Source: Lytechinus pictus (lineage: Eukaryota). From it: a DNA stretch of 64,000 nt. The stretch lies in NCBI RefSeq assembly GCF_037042905.1, contig NC_087246.1, positions 1 through 64,000 on the forward strand, read 5' to 3'. A program made the position numbers and the translations under genes. The notes below the pieces were generated by a model, which ran no database searches, was not told the origin of the DNA, and saw nothing but the letters and a program-made list of their open reading frames with translations. Every line of letters starts with the position of its first letter. Within the stretch, counting starts at the first letter, position 1. Positions 50,702 to 63,400 of the stretch are shown here, one piece after another.

Positions 50702-51289
50702 TACTATTATATCCTACATAAATTAAATCCTTTATGCTGATTGGTTTAAATGGCATCATGTGACCAAACATATTCTCACTATTTTGCGATGATGTCGAAA
50801 ATGAAACTCCCACCAAAGAAAATGTGCTATTCCGTGACGTCAATGATGGAATAGTCGACTATTCCATCATTGACACAGATCATGCAATTTCTCGGGCGCA
50901 CTGGTCAGCGAGTTGACTCTACCAGGCAAGTCCCGTGAAGGGACGGTGCAGGCACAAATGCGCATTCCGCTGAGTGCGTGGTTTCTGGAAAAGTAGATCA
51001 GTCTGCGCAGCGCGTTATCTATATTTAAGTTCAGATTAAGAAAAGATGAACTACGTGTACAAGAGTAGATAGACTATTGTTCTACCTTATTAAATGTAGG
51101 TTATAAACAAACATACCAGGCCTTTATTTCGTCAGTATAGAGGGAATTATTTATCCTCGGTTGTACTGGCCAAATTACTATTTTTTCCTCGGGGGCTTCG
51201 CCCCTCGGGAAAAATAGTAATGCCAGTCCAACCTCGGAAAATAATTCCCGCTATACTTACTCAAAGCCTGGTATATTTGTATACTATTC
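50702..51289. mobile_element. Non-autonomous element with a long terminal hairpin (Crypton-like; assignment tentative)
   Basis: ~160-bp imperfect palindrome at 51113-51274 centred on cgggggcttcgcccctcg; TACTATT repeated at both ends. Confidence 0.5.
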
Positions 51290-51440
51290 ATATATACGAT
51301 GTGCAGTGGTACATGTACCATGCTATGCATGTCCTAAACAAGGCATTCTTACATGTTTTTCTACCTAAACCTTACAAAATATATTATTGCACTTTTACAT
51401 AACAGAATCGGTGCTAAATAACCTTCCATTGTGCCTGATA

Positions 51441-51832
51441 TATTGTCATGGCGGGGGGGGGGGGTTAATATATTCATTGAGTCCTTATTGTCATGACGGG
51501 GAGGGGGTAATATATTCATTGAGTCCTTATTGTCATGACAGGGAGGGGGGTGTTAATATATTCATTGAATCCTTATTGTCATGACGGGGGGGGGGGGGTA
51601 ATATATTCATTGAGTCCTTATTGTCATGACGGGTAGGGGGGTAATATATTCATTGAGTCCTTATTGTCATGACAGGGAGGGGGTGGTAATATATTCATTG
51701 AGTCCTTATTGTCATGACGGGGAGGGGGGTAATATATTCATTGAGTCCATATTGTCATGACAGGGAGGGGGTTGGTAATATATTCATTGAATCCTTATTG
51801 TCATGATGGGGGGGGGGGTTATATATATTCAT
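51441..51832 (+). repeat. ~43-46 bp G-run minisatellite, ~9 units, in SYNRG intron 7
   Basis: Unit tattgtcatgacggggagggggtaatatattcattgagtcct. Confidence 0.92.
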
Positions 51833-52425
51833 TCTTATTTTTCTTTCCCCTTTCTGTTTATCTTCCACTTTTTTGTGGAAAAATGGGGAAAAACAACTGC
51901 TTTAAAAAGCTTTGGGGGGCCCTTTCCTTTATCTGAGAGGCTATTAATTTTTAACTTCCCCTCTCATTTTTGTCTTAACCTGCAGAGCAGAGCGAGAATA
52001 TAGGCGCCGCTTTTCCGACAGCGGTGTCAATATTGAATTCTAAACTGAGGATAAGTTTTGAAATGTCACCATAAAAATAAAGTATATGGACCTATTTCAT
52101 GACCATGAGGGTAATCAGGTATTACGGAACACCCTGCCTTAGTTACAGGTCACATGTCCAAGGTCAAATGTCATTTGGGGTCAATGAACTTAGACCATGT
52201 TGTTAGGGGAATCAACATTGAAATCTTAACCTAGGTTAAGTTGAATTTGAAATGTCATCATATCTATTTCATGAAACTTGGACATAGACTAATCAAGTAT
52301 CACTTATCGCCTTGCATGAGTTTCAAGTCACATGATTAAGGTCAAAGGTCATTTAGGGTCAATGAACTGTAATCATGTTGGATTATTGTTGAAATGCATT
52401 CATAACTTTGATGTTTATCTTGCAG

Positions 52426-52648
52426 GCTTCAGAATGAGGCATCATTACCAGTAGTTTATCACCAAGTACTTGAAGCATCCAGCCAGGAGGGAGTTATACA
52501 AACGAACCTTCTCTATCCTATTTTCCTTCTCTCTGGTCTTGACCGTTCATTGCTTAGCCATATCTGGTCTGTTGTCAACTACACACTTCCTGGTCAGCTA
52601 GTGTCTCAAGAGCTTTACATAGCATTAGCTCTCATTGCCCAAGCTCAG
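52426..52648 (+). CDS. SYNRG: Synergin gamma exon 8, EH domain; not in the ORF track
   Basis: ttgcag|G...GCTCAG|gttggt; WLQNEASLPVVYHQVLEASSQEGVIQTNLLYPIFLLSGLDRSLLSHIWSVVNYTLPGQLVSQELYIALALIAQAQ matches the recalled vertebrate synergin EH domain (LYPILMSSGLPRETLGQIWALANRTTPGKLTKEELYTVLAMIAVTQ). Confidence 0.95.
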
Positions 52649-53495
52649 GTTGGTAGTATTTTACAGTGAAGTTTAACCCATCTTTACCTGGGCTATTTTG
52701 AAGAGATGTTACATGATTGTGCTAATGTATGATCATGCTGACACACATCACTCCATGTACATACCATGGCATCGTGTCAAGTAATGGTACTCACGCACAC
52801 ACATGGTCTGGCCTGTGCCTCATGCAAGCATATCACTCACTGCACACAAGACCTGTATTGCATTGCAGGAATGAGTCGCTCAGTAATAGACAATGTGGAT
52901 AGTGTTTTGAAACAGAGACACTATGAAACTTTGAAGCTAGGATGGCTGCCACATATAGTAGACTGGAAAACTGATCATATAACCACAATGTGGCCCTGTT
53001 GAAAATATATATTTCATTCGATTGCATAGTCAGTTTGCTTCTTCCCCCCCCCCCCCCCCCCCCCCCCCCCGAAGAAAAGGGAAACTTAAAATGTCAGAAC
53101 TTTATTTTACATCAGATTTTTATTAAACTTTTGGCATTATACTTGTTTGATTTTTCTCTATTGATTCACACAAAACATTTTCTGAGGTGGAATTGACCTT
53201 TAATGAACATTTGATAATAATCCTAAAAGGAGACTCCAGACCAAAATTAAGTAGTCATAGAGCATTTCTTTAATTAAAGATGTGAAATTCAATTAATTAT
53301 GCTTTAATTTGTATCTTATAATGAATTGAATTTAAATAATTTTAGTAGAATCAATTATCCAATTTTGGAGATTACATCATAGGTGTCAAGTGTGTCCAGG
53401 TCTGAGGGGGTGCCATATAATCTCCATGGGCTATGTAATCTAAAAAAAGCTCTGGCTAAATAACAATATACAATTATTTGTATTGTTTGATTTAG

Positions 53496-53790
53496 AGAGG
53501 TCATGAAGTATCTATATCAGCTCTGTGCAGTGTATCAGAAGCACCAATTCCACAACTCAATCAAGTTGGACAACCACCTCAATCACAATCTACTCTACAA
53601 CAACCAGGCATTGCATCTCAACATCAACAAGAAACAGATACTACTACTACTGCTGCTAATGCTGGTACTGATACTGCTGGTGCTGATGTGGGTGATGTTG
53701 CTGTTGATGATAACTTTGCTCCATTCCAGGAAGCCTCCAGATCTACATCTTCTACTGCTCCTACAGTACCAGCCATACTCCCTTCAATTA
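53496..53790 (+). CDS. SYNRG: Synergin gamma exon 9
   Basis: atttag|AGA GGT...ATT A|gtaaat; RGHEVSISALCSVSEAPIPQL (vertebrate RGVPAMSPDALNQFPAAPIPTL)...DDNFAPFQEAS; donor is weak but phase-compatible. Confidence 0.85.
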
Positions 53791-55171
53791 GTAAATATTG
53801 TTACTTGTTCACGTAATAAGGGAAATATCTGCTTTCTGGTTCCATATTTCGTGAGGCTGGAGGCTAATTGGATATGGAACAAGAACATAGATATTTCCTG
53901 TATTCTGTAAGAATAAACAGGGTCTGATGGTTTTATCTCTTGAAGTGTGCCCTTATAATATTGTAGAATAAGGGGAAATTAAGACAGTCTTCCCAAATTA
54001 CAAAACATTACATTCTGTGAATAAATATTGAAAAGAATCCTTCATGACACACTATAAAGTTTGAATAGTCTGCCACTGAAATTGATGCGCAAATAGTGCA
54101 AAGCACGATGGTTGAATACGCTTACATACATTGTACATACCAAGTAATACAGTCTTATATTATATGGTTGAAATCGGCCATATGCATGTGTATAACAACT
54201 AAAACAGCATTAAAACATTGAAAGAAAGGAGGAAAAAACAGATGATACAGGCTCATATTACCTGTTTGATCGATGTTGCCAAGCAGAACTGCTAAATTTT
54301 GGTCTGGACATTCTTTAAGATTATTCATAATTAAAATAATCAGTATATCAAACATTTGTCTTGTGTATTTTAATTTCTTCTGTATATCTTTGTTTTTCAA
54401 CTTTATGTTTTGTATTGTTTTTTCAATGTAAAGTCATCAGTAACATGAGATCAATCAGAAGCATTACAGTCATGATACATGTAAAAGTAATTGTGTTGAA
54501 AATAAATAATTGGGAAGATATTATGTGTTTTATTTGATTAAAAAACCAGGCTTTTGAGCACATGATGAAAGATATATATGTAAAAGGTATGTCCTAAAAT
54601 TTGGCCTAGTATTGTATATGATCTAACATTTTCAATATTCTGAAAATTTTAACAATTTTGAAACAACTTTAAGACAAAACTTTCCTCTCACATACAAAAA
54701 TTGAACATTGCGCCCATGTAAGTAATTTAAAATCATATTTCAATAAATATTGCAAAATTTATTTTAGCTTGCCTCATAAAAGTGAGCAAGATGTACTCAT
54801 GGTTTTAATTAAACAGAGGTAGCGAAAAGTAATATCATTAAAATAAGCATATTTCCATTAACTGGCCAGTGAGTCTATAGTCAGGTAGGAATATTTTGTC
54901 TATATTCTGCAAGAAAAATCTAATGAAGTACTTGGCCTATAGTTTATTGTTGCAGCATCTAACATGGTTTCAATGGGAATGGGTTGTTGCATGGTACTTG
55001 GTAATTGGTATTGTCTATTGCTATTATCTACATGTAAGAGTGCATTAATACATCTATGGGATGTACGATACTCCATTTATAAAATCTCCTTAGTATTCAG
55101 TTACATGTAAACTGCAGCACACTACAATTTAGTGTATATAATTAATCTTTTTCCCCTTTAAACTGATATAG

Positions 55172-55291
55172 GCAAATTTGCATCAAGTAGTAATAAATCA
55201 GGAAATAAGACTGCATCTACTACATCATCTCTTGTTATACCACCCTCATCAAGTTCATCTAAAACCTCATCATCAGGAGCCTACATGCAAG
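55172..55291 (+). CDS. SYNRG: Synergin gamma exon 10 (Ser/Thr-rich; 120 nt, phase 1-1)
   Basis: ttttcccctttaaactgatatag|GC AAA TTT...CAA G|gttagt; KFASSSNKSGNKTASTTSSLVIPPSSSSSKTSSSGAYMQ. Confidence 0.75.
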
Positions 55292-55741
55292 GTTAGTATG
55301 GTATACATAAAGCTTTGTGTCCTTGGGGCAATGGGTTTAGGCTGAGGGTTATATATAACTTTGTTGAGTCTGTGTAAGAACTCCCTTGATACTTTTACCC
55401 TTCACATGTCCGTAAGAACGTCCTTAGCGCAAATTGTTTTTCTAAGGGAGTTATTGCACCGACATGAAAAATTATTATATCAATCCAGCTATATGTTATT
55501 ATTATTCTGATTGATTTGACTCTTAACCCTAACTTACCTGAGTTATTTTGTGAGCGTCAAGTCGGGGGTGTGGGGGGTGGCTTTTAGGCATCACATGATC
55601 GTGAAAAAAAAATTGCACGAAGGTAGATAATGATAATAATCTATGCCATTGCACAGGAAAATTCCACAAAATTCATATATTTTTAAAATGAATGAATTAT
55701 GCTAATTTATTCATGAAATCACACTTTTTGCTCTAACTTAA

Positions 55742-56480
55742 CCCTAAATAGACTGGGCTATTTCAATGCCTAAGAAGAGGGGGGGGGGTGGCTGATTCAC
55801 CCCCCCCCATGATCTCGGCTGTTGATTGCGCGAATGCGACAAATATTGGAACACGCGCTACCCATGGCGTAATCTACAAAACAGTCAGATCAAATTCTGC
55901 GAAAATCTCATTGCTAATTGATTATGCTTATTTATGCGTAAAATCAAAAGTTTGCTCTAATTAATTGAATAATGCCCCTAAAATGCTAATTTGTGGTTCA
56001 CAGATTCTTTATAGGAATCTGATCAAATGTACTTTAAAAGAATTTCAACATCACATTTATTTTCTTTGTATTTTAGTGTTTTCTAAATTTCGAATGCATT
56101 TATTGTTTTTTTACTTTTTGTTTTTTATTGTTTTTTTCAATGGAAAATGTCGGGGACTTTATTTTGACTATAAAAAAGTTGAAATTAATTGATTTTAATC
56201 AGAGAAAGGGAAAATGATACATGAATTTTGGCTAAAAACACTATTTGGATTGGATTTGTACACAAATTCACGTTTTTGAGCAATTTGGGGTCTGCATGCA
56301 CTTGTGAAACGTTGCAAAATTTCAGTACCGTGTACCCGGGGGTCACAATTTTGGTCTCAAAAATTGTGCGAGACTTGCCAGTAAAAAGTCTGCGAGAGAC
56401 GCAGTAAAAAAAATTTGCACGGCAGATTTATCGCGAAAAATGCTGAGAGGGGTTGAATCAGCCCCCCTGTCTTATTAGGG
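55742..56480. mobile_element. piggyBac-type MITE
   Basis: TTAA|ccctaaatagac...gtcttattaggg|TTAA. Confidence 0.75.
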
Positions 56481-58044
56481 TTAAAATATTGTTGTAGAGT
56501 ACCTGCAAGATTCCCTCATGACTTATAACTTGACAACTGTTAATCAGTTGGACATGAGGTGACATGGTGAGGTCAAAGGTCATTCAAGGTCAAATGTTCA
56601 AGTTTACTGGCAAGACTCTTAACTATACAATTAACTTTACAACCATGGCTCCCTTTTCTACTTTACTGGGGTCTTAGATGCACTATGGGAGCCTTTGTGT
56701 TGTAGTCCTGTCTGAGGTTTTCTGCTGAGGTCAGATATCATTTGAGGTCAAATGTTAAGAGTCTACGGGAAAGACTCTCTTATAAAAAAATCATTTTGCA
56801 AGTGTTTCTTTTCTTTTCAAATAAATTTTTGTCATAGATGCACTTTGGAGACCCTCATGTTATAGTGGCATCAGATGTCATATGGTATTGGCAAAATTTC
56901 AAACTACCAGAACCCTTAAGCATACAGATTAAGTCAATTCCAATTGTATTTTCCACCTGTCCATTGTCTTATTTGGTTGCCATGGCAATAGCTTGAAATG
57001 TAATTTATACATTTAGCAACCAAAATATCTTTGTTTAGCACTGTAAAATTAGGGGAAATTAAAGATAAATCATATTCTACAACGTTTTTTTAATCAAAAT
57101 TTTTATTTTTCTGGGGAAAAACAAGCCGTTGCCATGGCAACGGACTAATTGGAACTATCTTGGTGATCTTGAATATTTCTGAATTTCATATGTATTCAAT
57201 TGGGAGCCTGAAAATTATCATTCTGGTCATCTATATCATGTTTATTTACCATTTACATGGGAATGTACATGTATGTTACTTTGGAGAAATTAATCCGTTG
57301 CCATGGCATTTATAAATTTACCTCCCATCTTTAAAATAAATCTTACGGCATATACTAATACTTGTGAAAGTTTCATGCTTTAGTCAAAATTTGCACAATT
57401 ATTGTGATTTTGGGAGCTTATCCGCTCTACTAATATTGCTGTTTGGATTCACAGATTATTGACAAGGGCTGTTTTGTCATTGAAGGGCTTTTCAGTTTTT
57501 ACAAGAGATTCTCTGTGTTATAGAAGGCGTCTGTGTAGTGATTGCGAAAATCCTCTGTCGATTTAATTTGTACCATCCCTTTTCTAGAACATCCTGTAGC
57601 TATATGATTTTTTTAAAATGAAGTCCTGATTTTTATTACTGATACATCCAGATATCAAACTCTGAACACAAGCGGTGGAGCAGATGGTTATCCTCTGTTC
57701 ATGAGGGGGAAATACATATTGTTGCACCCACGCAAACACAAAAGATAATCCTCTGCTCTGCTGCCCTCAACCCTGACACATTTCTTTTTGCCAAGAACTA
57801 CAGTAAACTATTCCTTGCACTGGGTATTACCCCTGGGCCCCATTGTATAAGAATTATGATTATGGTAACTTTGCAATACCTTATGACCATGGTAATGATG
57901 ATCAACAGCCAATCAAAATCAAGGATTCCATGCAAGTTACCGTTTGATGGCAAATTTACCATAATGGTAAGTTTTATGCAACAGGGCCTTGATATGTGAG
58001 AGTTAACGCCTGACATATGTTCCCTATTTGTTTGGCATGGGTAG

Positions 58045-58182
58045 AGGAGAATTGCTACATCTTTGCCAATTCTCCTGCCCCCTCAAGTGGGCGGAGCTCT
58101 CCTTTTATCTGGGACCAGAACACGATTTACGACAAGTTGACCACACGGTCATATGACTCGGCTTCCTCAAGTTCTCTTTCAG
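58045..58182 (+). CDS. SYNRG: Candidate synergin gamma cassette exon (138 nt, phase 1-1)
   Basis: gggtag|AG GAG...TCA G|gtttgt; open frame ENCYIFANSPAPSSGRSSPFIWDQNTIYDKLTTRSYDSASSSSLS; raised GC; weak acceptor. Confidence 0.5.
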
Positions 58183-58626
58183 GTTTGTGAAGTTGATCTA
58201 TTGTTTCATGGTAGTCACCCGTTGGTCTTACATCATGCATGATTTATTCCCTTGTACTTCTGTGGGATCGTTTTTATTGTTGCATTCTATACTCAACTTA
58301 TGTTTTATGAGTCTTTATACAAATAGTTTACATTTGTGAAATATATTTCTTCACTGTGGTAGTATTGATATTTCTCACTGGTTTCTAGCTAGCATTTTGT
58401 AAGGTGTTAAGAAGAACAACCAAATCTTGTTATTTTGCTATTGATTAGTTTAGCTCGGAATTAAGTCTCTAGAAAGAAAAATGTTGAAATATTGTGCATG
58501 TTGATATTGTTATGTTGCTATCCATCACTTCTTAAATTGAAAAATAAAAAATGATTATTGTAGTATACAGGTAACAATTTTTGTATTAAACTTACCTATT
58601 AGCTAATTTGAAAGCTTAAAAACCTA

Positions 58627-60348
58627 CCGCACAGAAATGTTGTTAGCGCTAACAGAGCACTAACAGCACTGTTAGCGAGGTTTTGCCCGCACAGAAGCAT
58701 AATGTTAGCCCAATCACTAGCTAGCGCTGTTAGACTAACATTACAAGGTCGCACAGAAGCTAACATCAGCGCTAATGTTTGAACTATTTACTAACAGTGC
58801 CAAGGGCACCGATAGTGACAATGTTAGTGAATATCTCTTGCCTGTCTTGTGTAAAACTTGTCTCCTTTTTATATCAAGTGCTTTAAAATAGACCTAGATA
58901 GATTAAAAGGGTACTCCAGCCCAGGGGCGGATCCAGTTTCTTCCAAAAGGGGCCCGGAAAGGGGAGAAGGCACATTTTCCGGAGAAAGAGTTTGACAAGC
59001 AAAAAAAAAATGTTTACATACAAGTACATCTAATATTGAAGTTATTATTGTCCCAACGAAAATTGACATGCAAAAAAAGGTCTTTGATTGCTTCCAAAGG
59101 GGGAGGGCACACTTGGATAAAAATGGCTGGCATGTTTACATTAAAAAAATTTATTATTGCTTTGGATCCGCCAATGCTCCAGCCCCCAATACGTATGAGA
59201 GAAAACAGAATGAAATTAGATGAAAAGACTGTAATTACAATCAATAACAGAATTCTTCAATGGAAAATAATGAAGAAAGATAAATAAAATATGAATTTTA
59301 TTGAAGTGAACACTACAGTATTTTTGAAAGCATTGATGCCTATCCATGCCACCATGAATATCCTATAATAGAATTACGAAGCCAAGTCCCATTTTGTTTT
59401 TTTCATGATTATCATTACTGCTGTTATTACCTTGTTTCCCCCCATTAAGAATACCAATGATTATGTACATTTTGTGATTATGATTGTGATTGCAAAACCA
59501 ATAAGTCTTAAATAGAAATGGTCCCATACCTCATTCCCCTTTTCCTGATTTTACCGTGAACTGGTAAATTTATGTTTCAACATTACATGTAGGCCTATGT
59601 AAAACTTGTTAATGGTCATGATGATTACTAAAGCAGTGGTCATATTTACTTTCCACTGTTGGGACAAATTCAGTTTAAATGAACATAATTTCATATATAC
59701 AAATTAATAAGTGGGGAAATGACAAATGACATCATCAGCTCGCCTATAGTACATATAATATAATTTTTACGTAAGTTATGCAAAACTATATCACATTTTT
59801 TAAAATGCACTTTTTAAATTTTGTTATTAATGTTCAATTGTTTGTATGACTATACTCCACATCCTGCTTCCGATACACCTCCATAGAAGGAATTCATTAT
59901 TCCACTCTACGAGCACACCTATACAGCCCCCTTCCCCTATCAAACAATTATTGACTTTTGCTGTTAATAGATCATTTTTTCATCGATTGTAAGGTATATG
60001 TATTATGTTAAAACATGGACCTACTATGGTTAAAATAATCAGAAGTCAGTAATTAACACTGCGGTACAATGTCATCACAAAGTAGGAATCAATGGTGCAA
60101 ATCCGAGCCCCGGTTTAATGAGAATAATACATTGAGCCTATGGGATAAAGGCCCTTACATTGTATCAATCCGCACATCATCACTTTATTATGTCATAGAT
60201 TTTGCCTAACTATAAGGCTCAAACCCACTAACAACACCTGTGCCTTCCAGCGCTTTCTGTACGTTCATTCTGCTCATGGTGTTAGTGGCTGATTTGTTAG
60301 TGACTTGTTAGCGCTAACAACACCTTCACTAACAGTGTTTCTGTGTGG
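58627..60348. mobile_element. TIR element with subterminal GTTAGCGCTAAC repeats
   Basis: Ends ccgcacagaaa / tttctgtgtgg; clusters of tgttag/ctaaca at both ends. Confidence 0.6.
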
Positions 60349-60873
60349 TCGCTGTGTGGGGAGGAGTATTGTCGGCCGTGGATTGCACGATTGCAGCGAA
60401 AATCTGCACAAAGGTTGGTCAGTTGCAAATTGATATATTTTGTATTCATGAATTAATTATGCTACATGTAATTTATTCCAGAACTCATACTTTTTGATAC
60501 ATGATGGTCCCCCCACCTCTCGAGGCTTCACGCAATATTTCCGAAATGCAAAAGATAGTGCCGCAAAATTTATGATTTTTTTCTTTGTAGTCTCGCGCAA
60601 CTTTTGATACCGAATTCGCAACATACGGGTATAGCACCGCGACCTCGCATGACTTTTTTTAGACAATGTCATGCCGAAAATGGCGAATTTTTATACTTTT
60701 TTGTAAAATGTCTATTGGAGATGAAATTAATAAAAGGGTGATTATTTTTCATTCTAATGGGTCTGCTTAATTGATTTAGGATTTAATTTAGTTGTTAAAT
60801 GGTTTGTAATAAAACAAAGAAATACATAAGGAAAAAATTGGCTTTTGCAAATTTTCTTTGTGGAAACCTTTAA

Positions 60874-61422
60874 AGGACAAGTCCACCCCAACAAAAAGTT
60901 GATTTGAATTAAAAGATAAAAATCTGACAAGCATAACACTAAAAATTTCATCAAAATCGGATGTAAAATAAGAAAGTTATGACATTTTAAAGTTTCGCTT
61001 AATTTCACAAAACAGTTATATGCACATCCAGATCAGTATGCAAATGAGGAGACTGATGACGTCATCCACTCACTATTTCTTTTGTATTTTATTATATGAA
61101 ATATTCTAATTTTCTCCTTATTGTCAAGTGAGACAACGATTAATTCCTCCTGAACATGTGGAATTAGCATTTAATACTATATGGTTCAGTCAAATTGCTC
61201 CTTATTGTCACATCTGTAAAAAATGAAATATTAAACAAAAGAAATAGTGAGTGATGGACATCATCAACCGACTCACCTAGTTGTGCATATCACTGTTTTG
61301 TGAAAATAAGCGAAACTTTAAAATGTCATAACTTTCTTATTTTGATGAAATTTGCAGCGTTGTGCTAGTTTGATTTTTCTCTATTTATTCAAATCAACAC
61401 TTTTCTGGGGTGGACTTGACCT
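60874..61422. mobile_element. Kolobok-type MITE
   Basis: TTAA|aggacaagtccacccca...tggggtggacttgacct|TTAA. Confidence 0.88.
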
Positions 61423-62879
61423 TTAAATTAGATTACAAAGATGACATCTGCAAAAACAGAAGAAAATTTGAAGTAAAATTGGGTGTTAAATATGCAAATA
61501 ATGTTTTTCATAAATAAATTTGCATATTTTATTCATAATGAATAAAAAATAATTATTTTCAGAATTTTTTTAAATATTAGCTTGTAGTTTATGTGGTAAA
61601 GAATGTGCGTGCCAAATTTCAGTGCGATCGTGCGAACGGCGGCCAAGATCAGAAGGGGGGGCATCATGCCGCCAACCCCCCCTCCCCCTGTCCTCAATAC
61701 ATCTCAAATAGCCCAGTCCTCTTAGGGTTAACATGAACATAAGGTTAAGAAAGTATTACTGAACATCCTGCCCGATTTTCAGGTTATATGACCAAGGTCA
61801 TTTAGGGTCAAGGAACTTGTTAAAGTCTTTATTCCATTTCCATTCAGAACGTAATACAAAGTAATATAAATCAGATACAATTTTACAGATGAGCATTCTT
61901 ACCTCGTAAAATAAACGGTATAAAATTGAGCATAAATGGAAATGAGGCAGGAAATGTTTGGGAATCGACATCAAAATCTTTACCTAGGTTAAGTTTTTGA
62001 AATGTCATCATACATGTAACTTAAAAAGTATATGAACCTAGTTCATTAAACTTGGACATAAGGTAATTAAGTATTAATATATCCTGCCTGAGTGTCGGGT
62101 CACATGACCAAGGTCAAAGGTCATTTAGGGTCAATAAACTTTGGCCAAGTTGGGGGTATTTGCTGAATTACCATCATAACTTTAAAGTTAATGGATCTAG
62201 TTCATAAAACTTAGACATAAGAGTAATAAAGTATCACTGAACACCCCATGCGAGTTTCAGGTCACATGATCAAGGTCAAATTTTATTTTAGTTCAATGAA
62301 CTTTGGTGATGTTGAGATTAATTGTTGAATTGCCATCATATCTTTGAAAGTTTGTGGATGTAGTTTATGAAATGTGGACATACATGTAGGGTGTAATCAA
62401 GTATGACTGACAATCCGAAGGTCCAATATAATTTAAGGTCAATGAACGTAGTATTATATCATTACATGTATGGTGTGTTTTGTGAATGAATATTTTTAGT
62501 AGTTTTCAGATTTAGCACTGCTGCTATATTGAATTGCGTAATGCAGGCGAGACTGCCAGAGGTGCTCCACTTGATTGTTTTTTGTTACAATTTGTCTGTG
62601 ACATTATTACGAATCAAGGTACTGTCGGATAATTTATTTTTCTGATTTCTAAACGGGAAAAGTGAAAACTGATTCTGATTTTGAGATTGAAAACAGAAAA
62701 ACGGTCATTCATCAACAATCTGTATCAGGAATGAAATACCGGTAAAAAAAATAGAGAGTAAACAAATCATTCATTTATCTGTTTTAACATATTTTAACTT
62801 GTAGATTTTGCTTTGACAAAACAAAAAATTGAATTGAAATTCTGGTTTCCTTTACATTTTTTTTTTCATTTTTGCTTTC

Positions 62880-63400
62880 ACAAAACAGAAAAGTGAACAT
62901 TCTTCTTGTTTCCCTTGTATCTGAAAGTACCATTATTATATGGTACGATCAGATAATTCATTTTGCTCTGACTAAACAGGATATTGAAACCATGTGCGTG
63001 CACACTGACTTTTTTGCAAGCTTGCATAGGACAGCTATATAATCACGGCCATCCAAAGAGCAGAAATAAAAGAAAAGGAAAACTAGGATGAGGAAGAAAA
63101 AGATGGAGAAGAAGAAGAAGTAGAAGTTTACTCAAATATTCCTCCCTTTTCCCTTCTTTTTCATCTTTATGTTTTTTTCCCCTCTTATTTCTGCTTTTTG
63201 GTCGGCTGTGATTATAGCTGCTCTATGCAAGTTTGCACAAAAGTCAGTGCGCTTCCACATGGTGTCAATATCTTGTTTTGTCAAAGCAAAATAAATTATC
63301 TGATTGTACCTTGACAGCAGTTATTTCAGATAGTTTCTTTTACTGATTTCGAAACAGAAAAAGGAAACAAGAAGAGGCGTTCAGTTTTCTGTTTTGCAAA
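62880..63400. repeat. Old diverged inverted repeat (foldback remnant)
   Basis: gcacactgacttttttgcaagcttgcatag inverted as ctatgcaagtttgcacaaaagtcagtgc; similarity extends ~200 bp per arm. Confidence 0.7.

Noticed and set aside
53503..53910. 135-aa Leu-rich ORF with an apparent transmembrane segment
   Set aside because: Alternative frame of SYNRG exon 9; the true frame starts at 53496.
55523..56484. TTAACCCTAA / TTAGGGTTAA motifs as interstitial telomeric repeats (also ~37300 and ~61722)
   Set aside because: Single units explained by a TTAA TSD plus the CCC terminus of piggyBac-type MITEs.
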